From NCBI GenBank assembly GCA_947627255.1, contig CANQVI010000002.1, positions 47-64,046 on the forward strand: a DNA stretch of 64,000 bases, read 5' to 3'. Positions 55,650 to 64,000 of the stretch are shown here, piece after piece. The notes beneath the pieces are model-generated. The model did not search any database. It had not been told where the DNA came from and saw nothing but the letters and a program-made list of their open reading frames with translations. Position numbers and translations under genes: made by a program. How positions within the stretch are numbered: the first letter of the stretch is position 1; every line of letters starts with the position of its first letter. The stretch is from an uncultured Clostridia bacterium. Its GTDB lineage: Bacteria > Bacillota > Clostridia > TANB77 > CAG-465.

Positions 55650-55976
55650 ATGTTATCAAAACCAAACGTTAAAGAAATTATACCTAGAGTTGGAAACAGA
55701 TATCAATCAGTTTTAGCTTTAGCTAAAAGAGCAAGACAAATTGAGGCAGATAGATTAGTTAAAATTGCTGAATTAAAAGAAAAAAATAAAGATTTAAAAG
55801 ACGAAGCAAAAGAATTTGTATATGATGCAGTAAATAAAGCAGCAGAAGAAATTGCAGACGGAAAAATATATATAAAAATTAATGGTGAATATACAATAAC
55901 ACCAGAATCAGAAATGGAAAAAGAAATAAGAAAAGCACAAGAAGAAGCAGGAATAAGACCAGAAAGCAAGGAGTAA
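55650..55976 (+). CDS. rpoZ: DNA-directed RNA polymerase subunit omega (long form, 108 aa)
   Basis: GNRYQSVLALAKRARQI core motif. The ATG at 55650 follows GGGGGA; the ORF-track start at 55566 overlaps the previous gene. Confidence 0.8.
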   Translation: MLSKPNVKEIIPRVGNRYQSVLALAKRARQIEADRLVKIAELKEKNKDLKDEAKEFVYDAVNKAAEEIADGKIYIKINGEYTITPESEMEKEIRKAQEEAGIRPESKE

Positions 55977-55980
55977 TTTT

Positions 55981-56550
55981 ATGAATATACATATTATAAC
56001 TATAACTGGAGATATAGCAAGTGGTAAAGGAACTGTTACATCTCTATTAAAAAAAGAGTTGGGATATGAAATTTATAAAAATGGCGAATACGTAAGAAAA
56101 CTTGCTAAAGAAATGAATATGTCTATTGTAGAGTTTCAAGAAGTATTAAATAATAACGAAGAAATAGATAAACAAGTAGAAAAAAGTGCTCAGCAATATG
56201 CAAAGGAACATGATAATTTAATTATTGATGCAAGACTTGGCTTTTATGCTGTGCCACATTCTTTTAAAGTATATTTAAAAGTAGAGTTAGAAGAAGCTGC
56301 TAAAAGAGCATATGCTGATGCTTTAAGAAAAGATACAGAGCAATATGAGTCTATTGAAGTAGCTATGAAAGATATAAAATATAGATATGAGCAAGAAAAT
56401 ATGAGATACTTAAAAACATATGGTGTAAAAAGAGATGATATGTCAAATTATGACTTAGTTATCGATACTACAAATAAGACACCTGAGGAAGTGTCTAATA
56501 TTATATTAGATGAATATAAAAAATGGTTAGAAAATAAAGTTGAAGGTTAG
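55981..56550 (+). CDS. Cytidylate-kinase-like P-loop NMP kinase family protein
   Basis: ITITGDIASGKGTV P-loop at the N-terminus. 189 aa. Confidence 0.6.
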   Translation: MNIHIITITGDIASGKGTVTSLLKKELGYEIYKNGEYVRKLAKEMNMSIVEFQEVLNNNEEIDKQVEKSAQQYAKEHDNLIIDARLGFYAVPHSFKVYLKVELEEAAKRAYADALRKDTEQYESIEVAMKDIKYRYEQENMRYLKTYGVKRDDMSNYDLVIDTTNKTPEEVSNIILDEYKKWLENKVEG

Positions 56551-56570
56551 TCTAGACCTTCAATTTTTTT
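56540..56570 (+). terminator. Rho-independent terminator overlapping the stop codon
   Basis: TTGAAGGT-tagtctag-ACCTTCAA followed by a T7 run. Confidence 0.8.
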
Positions 56571-56641
56571 GACTAAAAAAAACATATGTTTTATTATTGA
56601 CTATAAAATCTAAGTAATATATAATATTAAAGAGGTGTAAA

Positions 56642-58885
56642 ATGATAGCTAAAATTTTAATTAACACATCTGTTAATTCTCTAAATAAAGTGTATGATTA
56701 TATAGTACCAGAACATTTAATAAATGAAGTAGAAATAGGAAAAAGAGTACATGTAAGTTTTGGACGTGGCAAAAATTTAGAGGAAGGACTAATCGTAAAA
56801 TTAGAAGATGATGTAGAAAATCCTAAATATAAACTTAAAGAAATAGATAGTATTTTAGATGATATATCATATATAAGTCCAGAGAGATTAAAACTTGCAA
56901 AATACATAGCTTATGTATATTTTTGCAATGTATATGATGCAATAAAGTTAATGTTACCACCTGGAACAAAATCTAAAAATAGTAGTAAAAGTTTAGATAC
57001 AAGAAAAGATAGTCTTGTAACACTTGCAAAATCAAATGAACAAATTATGCAAGATATCGAAACTAATGTAATAAAAAGTGCTAAGCAAATACAACTTTTA
57101 ACATTTTTAATGTATAATGAATATGTATTAATAAATGATATTATCGATGGATTATCAATATCAAGAAGCGTTATTAATACAGCAGAAAAAAATGGATATA
57201 TAAAAATAGATAAAGTAGAAAAAGAAGTGGATTTTTTAAAAGATTTAGAAGTAGAGAAATCTTTTCCACTTAAACCTACAGATGAGCAAAAATATATAAT
57301 TGATAGTATAAGTCAATACATATATGACGAAGAATATAAACAGTGTTTAATTCATGGAGTTACTGGAAGTGGAAAAACAGAAGTATATTTGCAATTAATT
57401 GAAAGAGTATTAACTCAAGGTAGAAAAGCAATAGTGCTTGTTCCAGAAATTTCTCTTACATACCAAACAGTGGAAAGATTTGTATCAAGATTTGGAAATG
57501 ATATAGCAATACTTCATAGTAAAATGACTATTGCAAAAAGAAAAGAAGAATATAAAAGAATAAAATCGGGAAAAGTAAATATAGTAATTGGTGCAAGATC
57601 TGCTATTTTTGCTCCTTTAGATAATATAGGCCTTATCATTATTGATGAGGAACATGATACAAGTTACTATTCGCAAACGAAACCTAAATATTCTACCAAA
57701 GATATAGCAGCATATATTTGCAAAGAATCGAATGCTGTTTTAGTACTTGGAAGTGCAACTCCAGAAATTAGTACATATAATAAAGCTATAAATGGACAAA
57801 TAGAATTATTTGAGATGAAAAATAGAGCTGCAAATGCTAAACTGCCTAAAATAGAGCTTATAGATTTAAAAGATGATAGAATAATGGGAAATACATCTAG
57901 TATTTCTATTGCTCTTAAAGAGACAATAAAAAATAATATAGAAAATAAAGAACAAACAATGTTATTTTTAAATAAAAGAGGATATAATTCATATCTTACT
58001 TGTAAAACTTGTGGCTATGTATTTAATTGTCCTAATTGTGATGTAGCTATGACTTATCATAAGTCAAATAATTTACTGCTTTGCCATTATTGTTCTCATG
58101 TAGAAAAAAATATAAAAATATGTCCTAAATGTGGTGGAGAAGACATATCAAGTTATCAATTAGGTACAGAAAAATTGGAAGAAGAACTAAAAGAAGCATT
58201 TCCAAATGCGTCAATACTTAGAATGGATGCAGATACAACTGTTGCAAGAGATTCTCAGCAAAAAATACTAGATAAATTTAAAAATGAAAATATAGATATC
58301 CTAATAGGAACACAAATGATTAGTAAGGGACATGATATGCCAAATGTAACACTTGTTGGAATAATTGGTACTGATGCGTTACTTGCTATGAATGATTTTT
58401 CTTCTTCAGAAAGAGCTTTTTCCAATATATATCAAGTATCTGGAAGGGCTGGTAGAAGTACAAAAGAGGGAAAGGTGCTAATACAAACTAGTGATCCTAG
58501 TAATTACATATTAGAAGCTGTAGAAAATAATAGCTATATTGAATTTTTTAACAAAGAAATTGAGTATAGAAAAACTTTTGGATACCCACCATTTATTGAT
58601 ATTTTACTTTTTGAAATTAGTGGTCAAAATTTACAAGATGTAAAAAAAGATGCAGAAAAACTATATGATATATTAAATTTAAATAATCAAAATGAATATA
58701 GAGTTTTTTCGCCTAAATCACCATATATTCAAAAATTAAATAATAGATTTAGAATAAATGTAATGATAAAGGCAAGGCTTAATACGAAAATATATAATGA
58801 TGTATATAGTAAAATAAAAATTTTTAATACTAAAAAACTTAAAAATACATCTTTGTCAATTACAAAAAATCCCATTTTTATATAA
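56642..58885 (+). CDS. priA: Primosomal replication-restart helicase PriA
   Basis: Walker A GVTGSGKT, DEEH box, Cys-rich zinc region CKTCGYVFNCPNCDVAMTYH...CHYCSH...CPKCG, QVSGRAGR. Confidence 0.95.
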   Translation: MIAKILINTSVNSLNKVYDYIVPEHLINEVEIGKRVHVSFGRGKNLEEGLIVKLEDDVENPKYKLKEIDSILDDISYISPERLKLAKYIAYVYFCNVYDAIKLMLPPGTKSKNSSKSLDTRKDSLVTLAKSNEQIMQDIETNVIKSAKQIQLLTFLMYNEYVLINDIIDGLSISRSVINTAEKNGYIKIDKVEKEVDFLKDLEVEKSFPLKPTDEQKYIIDSISQYIYDEEYKQCLIHGVTGSGKTEVYLQLIERVLTQGRKAIVLVPEISLTYQTVERFVSRFGNDIAILHSKMTIAKRKEEYKRIKSGKVNIVIGARSAIFAPLDNIGLIIIDEEHDTSYYSQTKPKYSTKDIAAYICKESNAVLVLGSATPEISTYNKAINGQIELFEMKNRAANAKLPKIELIDLKDDRIMGNTSSISIALKETIKNNIENKEQTMLFLNKRGYNSYLTCKTCGYVFNCPNCDVAMTYHKSNNLLLCHYCSHVEKNIKICPKCGGEDISSYQLGTEKLEEELKEAFPNASILRMDADTTVARDSQQKILDKFKNENIDILIGTQMISKGHDMPNVTLVGIIGTDALLAMNDFSSSERAFSNIYQVSGRAGRSTKEGKVLIQTSDPSNYILEAVENNSYIEFFNKEIEYRKTFGYPPFIDILLFEISGQNLQDVKKDAEKLYDILNLNNQNEYRVFSPKSPYIQKLNNRFRINVMIKARLNTKIYNDVYSKIKIFNTKKLKNTSLSITKNPIFI

Positions 58886-58944
58886 GTGTTGTTGAAAAAA
58901 GTTTCTAAATGTAATAATATAAATATATTGAAAGGTTGATGAAT

Positions 58945-60561
58945 ATGAATATAACATTTTATGGTGCAGCGCAAGGTGTTACTGGATCTTGCCATATGGT
59001 AGAAATTGGAAATACCAAATTTTTAGTTGATTGTGGATTGTTTCAAGGTTCACTAACTGATCAAATGTTAAACTATGAAGATTTTCCATTTGACATAAAT
59101 GAAATAGATTTTGTTATTCTAACACATGCACATATTGATCATAGTGGTAGAATTCCTAAGCTATATAAAGCTGGATATAGAAATCCAATATACTGTACTA
59201 GTGCAACAAGAGAACTTTGTAAAATAATGCTACCTGATAGTGGTCATATACAAGAAAAAGAAATTGAATGGGTTAATAGAAAAAGAATGCGTGCTGGTAA
59301 AGCACCAAATGATCCAATATATACACAACAAGATGGTATTGATTGTTTAGAAATTTTTAAAGGATTAGAATATGATAATAAAATAAAAATAAATGATAAT
59401 GTATCTTTTGTATTAAAAGATGCAGGACATATGTTAGGGTCTGCTATTATTGAAGTATATTTAACAGAGGATGATACTGAAAAGAAAGTAGTATTTACAG
59501 GAGATTTAGGTAATACAAATTTACCTATAATTAATGATCCTACAACTGTTGAATCTGCTGATGTTCTTGTTATGGAGTCTACTTATGGTGATAGATTACA
59601 TAGTAGTATAAAGGACCAATCTAGTAAATTTATACAAATAATACTTGATACTATTGAAAGAGGAGGAAATGTAATTATACCTTCATTTGCAGTAGGAAGA
59701 ACTCAAGATATACTATATGAAATAAATAAATATTTATCTGATGATAAAATTAGGGAAAAACTTGAACATATTCCTGTATATGTAGATAGTCCATTAGCTG
59801 TTAATGCAACAAAGATATTTGAATCACAACATGCATATTATGATGATGAGGCATTACAATATTTACTAAAAGGAGATAATCCTTTAGTTTTTGATAATTT
59901 ACATTTTGTTGAAACAGCTGAAGAATCACAAGCATTAAATACAGATGAAACACCTAAGATTATAATATCTGCTAGTGGTATGTGTGAAGTAGGAAGAATA
60001 AAACATCATTTAAAACATAACTTATATAGATCAGAATGTACTATATTATTTGTTGGATATCAAGCAGAAGGAACATTAGGTAAGAAAATATTATCTGGTG
60101 AGCCACTTGTAAAAATATTTGGAGAAGAAATTGCAGTAAAAGCTGAAATTAAATCATTAGATGCTTTTTCAGGTCATGCTGATAGAGATGGACTTTTAAA
60201 CTGGATAGCAGCTATTAAGAAAAAACCTGAACAAATATATTTAGTACATGGTGAAAAAGAAGCACAGCATGTACTAAAGGAATATATAGAACAAGGCTTT
60301 AGAATAAAATGTGCAATACCAGCATATCAAGAAGAATATGATATGAATGGAACATTAATTGCTGATGGTAAAAATTCATATAAAGCTACTAGATTTAACA
60401 TATTAGAATTAATGTCATCATTAAAAGAAGAAGTAGACAATATGACAAATGTAGTAAAGAGAAATTTAAAAAGCGATGTTGCTCCAGAGTATTTACAAAA
60501 TATTGTAGATAAATTAAAAGAAGTTCAATATGCTATTAATGCAGTTAACGAGGAAGAATAG
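58945..60561 (+). CDS. MBL-fold beta-CASP family RNA-metabolising hydrolase
   Basis: MNITFYGAAQGVTGSCH, HAHIDHSG, beta-CASP motifs (ESTYGD, FSGHAD, LVHGE). Start chosen at the ATG at 58945, after AAAGG. Confidence 0.82.
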   Translation: MNITFYGAAQGVTGSCHMVEIGNTKFLVDCGLFQGSLTDQMLNYEDFPFDINEIDFVILTHAHIDHSGRIPKLYKAGYRNPIYCTSATRELCKIMLPDSGHIQEKEIEWVNRKRMRAGKAPNDPIYTQQDGIDCLEIFKGLEYDNKIKINDNVSFVLKDAGHMLGSAIIEVYLTEDDTEKKVVFTGDLGNTNLPIINDPTTVESADVLVMESTYGDRLHSSIKDQSSKFIQIILDTIERGGNVIIPSFAVGRTQDILYEINKYLSDDKIREKLEHIPVYVDSPLAVNATKIFESQHAYYDDEALQYLLKGDNPLVFDNLHFVETAEESQALNTDETPKIIISASGMCEVGRIKHHLKHNLYRSECTILFVGYQAEGTLGKKILSGEPLVKIFGEEIAVKAEIKSLDAFSGHADRDGLLNWIAAIKKKPEQIYLVHGEKEAQHVLKEYIEQGFRIKCAIPAYQEEYDMNGTLIADGKNSYKATRFNILELMSSLKEEVDNMTNVVKRNLKSDVAPEYLQNIVDKLKEVQYAINAVNEEE

Positions 60562-60566
60562 ATGGA

Positions 60567-60603
60567 AAATAACTAATACTTTTATGTATTAGTTATTTTT
60601 TTT
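60567..60603 (+). terminator. Rho-independent terminator
   Basis: ATAACTAATAC-ttttat-GTATTAGTTAT followed by a T-run. Confidence 0.8.
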
Positions 60604-60639
60604 ACTTTGATTAATATAATTTATTAAAAAGGTGAAAAA

Positions 60640-61284
60640 ATGAAAAAAATTAATATAGTTAATTTGAGTTTTGATAAAAAAACTAAAATTGTTATGCTAA
60701 TATGTATAATTATAGCAATTTGTATAATAATCTATTCTTTTTATTACATATGTATAGAAAATGGAATAAAGACAAATGTTTTAAATTCGATTGAAAATTT
60801 AGCTAATATATGTGAGTATAATATAGAATTTAATGTAAAAGTATATAGCAATAAAAATGAAGATGAATATAAAGTAATAGAAAATTCTAATATATTAGAA
60901 AACAGATATAGTTTTTTAATAGATGATGAACTAAACATACAAATAAATAGTAATGAAATAAAAATATCAAAAAAGAATATTGATTATCAATATTTAATAG
61001 AAAGAGGAGAATATAAAAACAATAATTTTATTTCTTTTTCTAGTATTATAAATATAATTAAAGGTATAAATAATCAAAGTATTTCTGGAAATATTAAAAA
61101 AGTTGAATCAGATGGTAAAATAAAATATAAAATTTGTACGGATGCGGAATATATAAATAAAATTAAATGTATAGAGTTAATTATGTCAGATAATGAAGAA
61201 AAAGTAGAAATTATAAATATGTATGATAGTGAAAATAAAGAAAAATATGTAATAACTATAAATAATTTTATACTAAAAAAATAA
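60640..61284 (+). CDS. Membrane-anchored hypothetical protein (214 aa), possibly a LolA-fold YdcC/GerS-like sporulation protein
   Basis: N-terminal TM (IVMLICIIIAICIIIYSFYYI) and a beta-rich N/K/I-rich ectodomain. The YdcC/GerS assignment rests only on its position upstream of mazF (Bacillus order ydcC-alr-ndoAI-ndoA). Confidence 0.3.
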   Translation: MKKINIVNLSFDKKTKIVMLICIIIAICIIIYSFYYICIENGIKTNVLNSIENLANICEYNIEFNVKVYSNKNEDEYKVIENSNILENRYSFLIDDELNIQINSNEIKISKKNIDYQYLIERGEYKNNNFISFSSIINIIKGINNQSISGNIKKVESDGKIKYKICTDAEYINKIKCIELIMSDNEEKVEIINMYDSENKEKYVITINNFILKK

Positions 61285-61297
61285 CTATTAAATATAT

Positions 61298-61326
61298 TTG
61301 ACTAAAAAAGTATAATAGTGTATAAT
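61298..61326 (+). promoter_or_regulatory. Consensus-like sigma-A elements directly upstream of mazF
   Basis: TTGACT (61298-61303), 17 nt, TATAAT (61321-26). A second TATAAT lies at 61311-16. The distal -10 box abuts the RBS, so which box is used is unclear. Confidence 0.4.
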
Positions 61327-61344
61327 AAAGGAGGTAAAGTATAT

Positions 61345-61704
61345 TTGAAAATAAGATTAGGCGACATTTTTTATGCAAATCTAAATCCTACTATTGGATG
61401 TGAGCAGGATGGAATAAGACCCGTTCTTGTTGTACAGAACAATAAAGGAAATAGATTTAGCCCAACTATTGTTATTATACCAATTACCTCAAATATTAAT
61501 AAAACTAGTCTACCCACACATGTGGTTTTAGAAAATACTAAAGGACTAGAAAAAAAGTCTGTAGCACTTGTAGAGCAGATTCGAACACTAGACAAAAAGC
61601 GACTTATACGAAAAATAGCACAAATTGAAGAAAGTGATTTAGAAAATGTAAAACAAGCTATAAAGGATAATTTAAATATAAGAGGAATGATTGATATATT
61701 TTAA
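61345..61704 (+). CDS. mazF: MazF/PemK/EndoA family endoribonuclease toxin
   Basis: LGDIFYANLNPTIGCEQDGIRPVLVVQNNKGNRFSPTIVIIPITS...LPTHV...VEQIRTLDKKRL aligns by eye with B. subtilis EndoA (NdoA). Its catalytic Arg (GIRPV) and Thr (PITS) positions are conserved. TTG start 8 nt after AAGGAGG. Confidence 0.9.
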   Translation: MKIRLGDIFYANLNPTIGCEQDGIRPVLVVQNNKGNRFSPTIVIIPITSNINKTSLPTHVVLENTKGLEKKSVALVEQIRTLDKKRLIRKIAQIEESDLENVKQAIKDNLNIRGMIDIF

Positions 61705-61737
61705 CATAGTTTTATTTATTATATACGGGAGGATAAA

Positions 61738-64000
61738 ATGGATAATAATAAACCCTTAAATGTACGATTAAGATCAAGTGCACAAAAGAAAAAATCAAGT
61801 AGTATAAAAAAAGTAAATAAAAAAGAAATTAATAAAGCAAACAATAATGATAGCAATAAAAAGAATCCAAAAAAGAAAAATAAGAAACTAGGATGGAAAA
61901 TCTTTAGAGTTTTTCTATTTGTTTTCTTAGCATTAGGAATAGTAGGTACAGGTGTTGTTTTAGGTGTTATATCTGGAATTGTTGATGATACAGATAGTAT
62001 AAGCCTAGACGAATTAGAATTATTGCCACAAACATCTTTTGTATATGATCAAGATGGAAACGAAATTGCATCTTTATATGATAGTCAAAACAGAATTATG
62101 GTTAAATATGATAATATACCACAACATACTGTAGATGCTGTTGTAGCAATAGAAGATGAAAGATTTTTTTCACATCATGGAATAGATATTAAAAGAACTC
62201 TTGCCGCTATTGTAACATATGTAGCTAATCGTGGAGAATCATCATATGGTGGTAGTACATTAACGCAACAACTTGTTAAAAATATAACTGATGATGATAA
62301 AAGAACATGGCAAAGAAAGATAAGAGAATGGTATAGAGCTATATCATTGGAAAACAAGCTAAATAAAGACCAAATATTTGAATCATATGTAAATACTATA
62401 TATTATGGTGACGGAGCATATGGTATTGAAGTTGCGTCAAACCATTTCTTCGGTAAGTCAGTTAGTGAATTAAATCTTCCTGAATCAGCTGCAATAGCTG
62501 CTATGATTCAATCACCTGAGATTACAAATCCATATAAAAGTGATGAAGCAAAACAACAGTTATTAGAAAGAAAAGATTTGGTACTTTCAAAGATGTTACA
62601 ATTAGGTAAAATTACTCAAGAAGAATATGATGAAGCAAAGTCATATGAACTTGAATTTAAAAAGAATGATGTAACTTCAGAAAGTACACAAACATATTTT
62701 GTTGATGCAGTTGTAGAAGCTGTAATTTCCGACTTAATGGAACAAAAAAATGTATCTAGAGGTATTGCAATGAAAATGATTTATACTGATGGATATAAAA
62801 TATATTCTACAGAAGATCAAGGTGTACAAAAAGCTATAGATGATGCTTTCGCAAATCCTGGTATCTTCTACTATGACACATACAAAGATAAAGGATATAT
62901 GCAAGGTTCTATGGTAGTTATGGATCAAAAGACAGGTGAAGTTAAAGGCTTAATTGGTGGTGCTTATGAAAAAGATGGAGCATTGACATTAAATAGAGCT
63001 ACACAAACATATAGACAGCCTGGATCTTGTATGAAACCATTTGGTGCTTATGGTCCTGCATTTGAACAAGGATTATTATCTCCTGGTGCTGGACTTGATG
63101 ATACACAATTTTCTATTGGAAACTGGACACCTAAAAACTGGTATGGCGGATACAATGGATATGTAACAGTAAGAGAAGCAATTTACGACTCTAAAAATAT
63201 TCCTGCTTGTAGAGCTAACATGTTAGTAGAAAGCGCAACAGGAAGTCAAGATTTTGCATTAAACTTTGCTAGAAATTGTGGACTTGATACTTTAAGTGCA
63301 GAAAACTCAGATAATAATATACCAGCACTTGCTCTTGGTGGTAATAGTGGTGTTACAGTATTACAACTTGCAAATGCTTATGCAACAATTGCAAATAATG
63401 GTTACCATGTAAATCCAAAATTATATACTAAAGTTTTAGATAGAAATGGTGAAATAGTATTAGATAATACAGCAGTTGAGCCAAAACAAGTTATGAGTGA
63501 TTCTACTGCATTTATGCTTACAAGTTGTCTTGCAAGTGTTGTTGAAACACCAGGTGGTACTGCATATGGTGCTGTTAGTATTAATAATGGTGCTGTTCAA
63601 TGTGCAGGTAAAACTGGTAATACAGATGATGATAAAGATAGATGGTTCTGTGGATTTACACCATATTATACAATAGCTTGTTGGACTGGATATGATAATC
63701 CAACTCCAATAGAAAGAGGATATCCTTATCCATCAACAATGTTATTTAACACTGTTATGAATTCAATATGTTCAGGAAAAGATTCTGCTAGATTCCCAGA
63801 TGCTCCTTCTTCTGTAACAAGAGTAGAGCTATGTAGAGATTCAGGAAAAATAGCAACAGATGCTTGTAAATCTGACCCAAGAGGTTCAAGAGTTTTATCT
63901 GATTATGTAGCGGTATCTAGTATTCCTAAGGATGAATGTACTGTTCATAAATTTGTAAATGTATGTGCTCGTTCAGGAAAATTAGCTTCACCAAGCTGTA
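61738..64000 (+). CDS. Class A penicillin-binding protein (GT51 glycosyltransferase + transpeptidase), 3' end outside the window
   Basis: Not in the ORF track because there is no stop before the window end. GGGAGG RBS. K-rich tail and TM. GT51 motifs AIEDERFFSHHGID, GGSTLTQQ, RKIREW. TP motifs SCMK, SKN, KTGNT. Confidence 0.92.
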   Translation, partial: MDNNKPLNVRLRSSAQKKKSSSIKKVNKKEINKANNNDSNKKNPKKKNKKLGWKIFRVFLFVFLALGIVGTGVVLGVISGIVDDTDSISLDELELLPQTSFVYDQDGNEIASLYDSQNRIMVKYDNIPQHTVDAVVAIEDERFFSHHGIDIKRTLAAIVTYVANRGESSYGGSTLTQQLVKNITDDDKRTWQRKIREWYRAISLENKLNKDQIFESYVNTIYYGDGAYGIEVASNHFFGKSVSELNLPESAAIAAMIQSPEITNPYKSDEAKQQLLERKDLVLSKMLQLGKITQEEYDEAKSYELEFKKNDVTSESTQTYFVDAVVEAVISDLMEQKNVSRGIAMKMIYTDGYKIYSTEDQGVQKAIDDAFANPGIFYYDTYKDKGYMQGSMVVMDQKTGEVKGLIGGAYEKDGALTLNRATQTYRQPGSCMKPFGAYGPAFEQGLLSPGAGLDDTQFSIGNWTPKNWYGGYNGYVTVREAIYDSKNIPACRANMLVESATGSQDFALNFARNCGLDTLSAENSDNNIPALALGGNSGVTVLQLANAYATIANNGYHVNPKLYTKVLDRNGEIVLDNTAVEPKQVMSDSTAFMLTSCLASVVETPGGTAYGAVSINNGAVQCAGKTGNTDDDKDRWFCGFTPYYTIACWTGYDNPTPIERGYPYPSTMLFNTVMNSICSGKDSARFPDAPSSVTRVELCRDSGKIATDACKSDPRGSRVLSDYVAVSSIPKDECTVHKFVNVCARSGKLASPSC

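Noticed and set aside
1-64000. Search for mobile elements, prophage, CRISPR arrays, tRNA/rRNA genes and defence-system hallmarks (nucleases, helicases, ATPases, reverse transcriptases)
   Set aside because: I recognised none. The only helicase is housekeeping PriA and the only nuclease-like genes are a beta-CASP hydrolase and MazF. I noticed no long terminal or spaced short direct repeats outside the adhesin gene.

Overview
Chromosomal segment of a very AT-rich, low-GC, spore-forming Firmicute. The evidence is CIRCE/hrcA, spoVS, ylbJ, sortase sorting signals and Clostridia-like gene content. I found no rRNA, tRNA, CRISPR, transposase or integrase. Almost every gene is on the + strand; only three small or medium genes are on the - strand. 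Gene order: (1) the 3' end of a Cna-B repeat surface protein; (2) the CIRCE-controlled hrcA-grpE-dnaK-dnaJ operon; (3) a 1428-aa adhesin with a thioester-type N-terminal domain, 12 Cna-B repeats and LPKTG; (4) spoVS, an orphan membrane-anchored SBP5-like protein, pta-ackA and two peptidases; (5) an FtsW/RodA-family gene, dus, ylmH-like, mtaB, DUF4321-mreBCD-PBP2; (6) a ~22.5 kb cell-wall glycopolymer locus at 27.7-50.2 kb; (7) an orphan pair of a 43-aa ORF and a 665-aa E/K-rich protein; (8) housekeeping genes (SDR, ylbJ, methyltransferase, rpoZ, P-loop kinase, priA, beta-CASP nuclease); (9) a MazF toxin with no adjacent antitoxin; (10) the start of a class A PBP. The glycopolymer locus contains pgm, rmlDACB, an ABC-2 exporter, an RgpB-like GT2, two bi-domain GT2s, three GT-C modules, GtrA/GtrB, a CE4 deacetylase, another GT2 and galE. 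The most interesting content is in that locus. A methyltransferase + kinase-like + coiled-coil protein (WbdD-like architecture) sits next to an ABC ATPase with a C-terminal extension. This suggests cap-dependent, ruler-type chain termination in a Gram-positive. There is also an unusual set of three GT-C modules, two of them fused, served by one GtrA/GtrB pair. All functional calls come from motif recognition by eye; no database search was possible.
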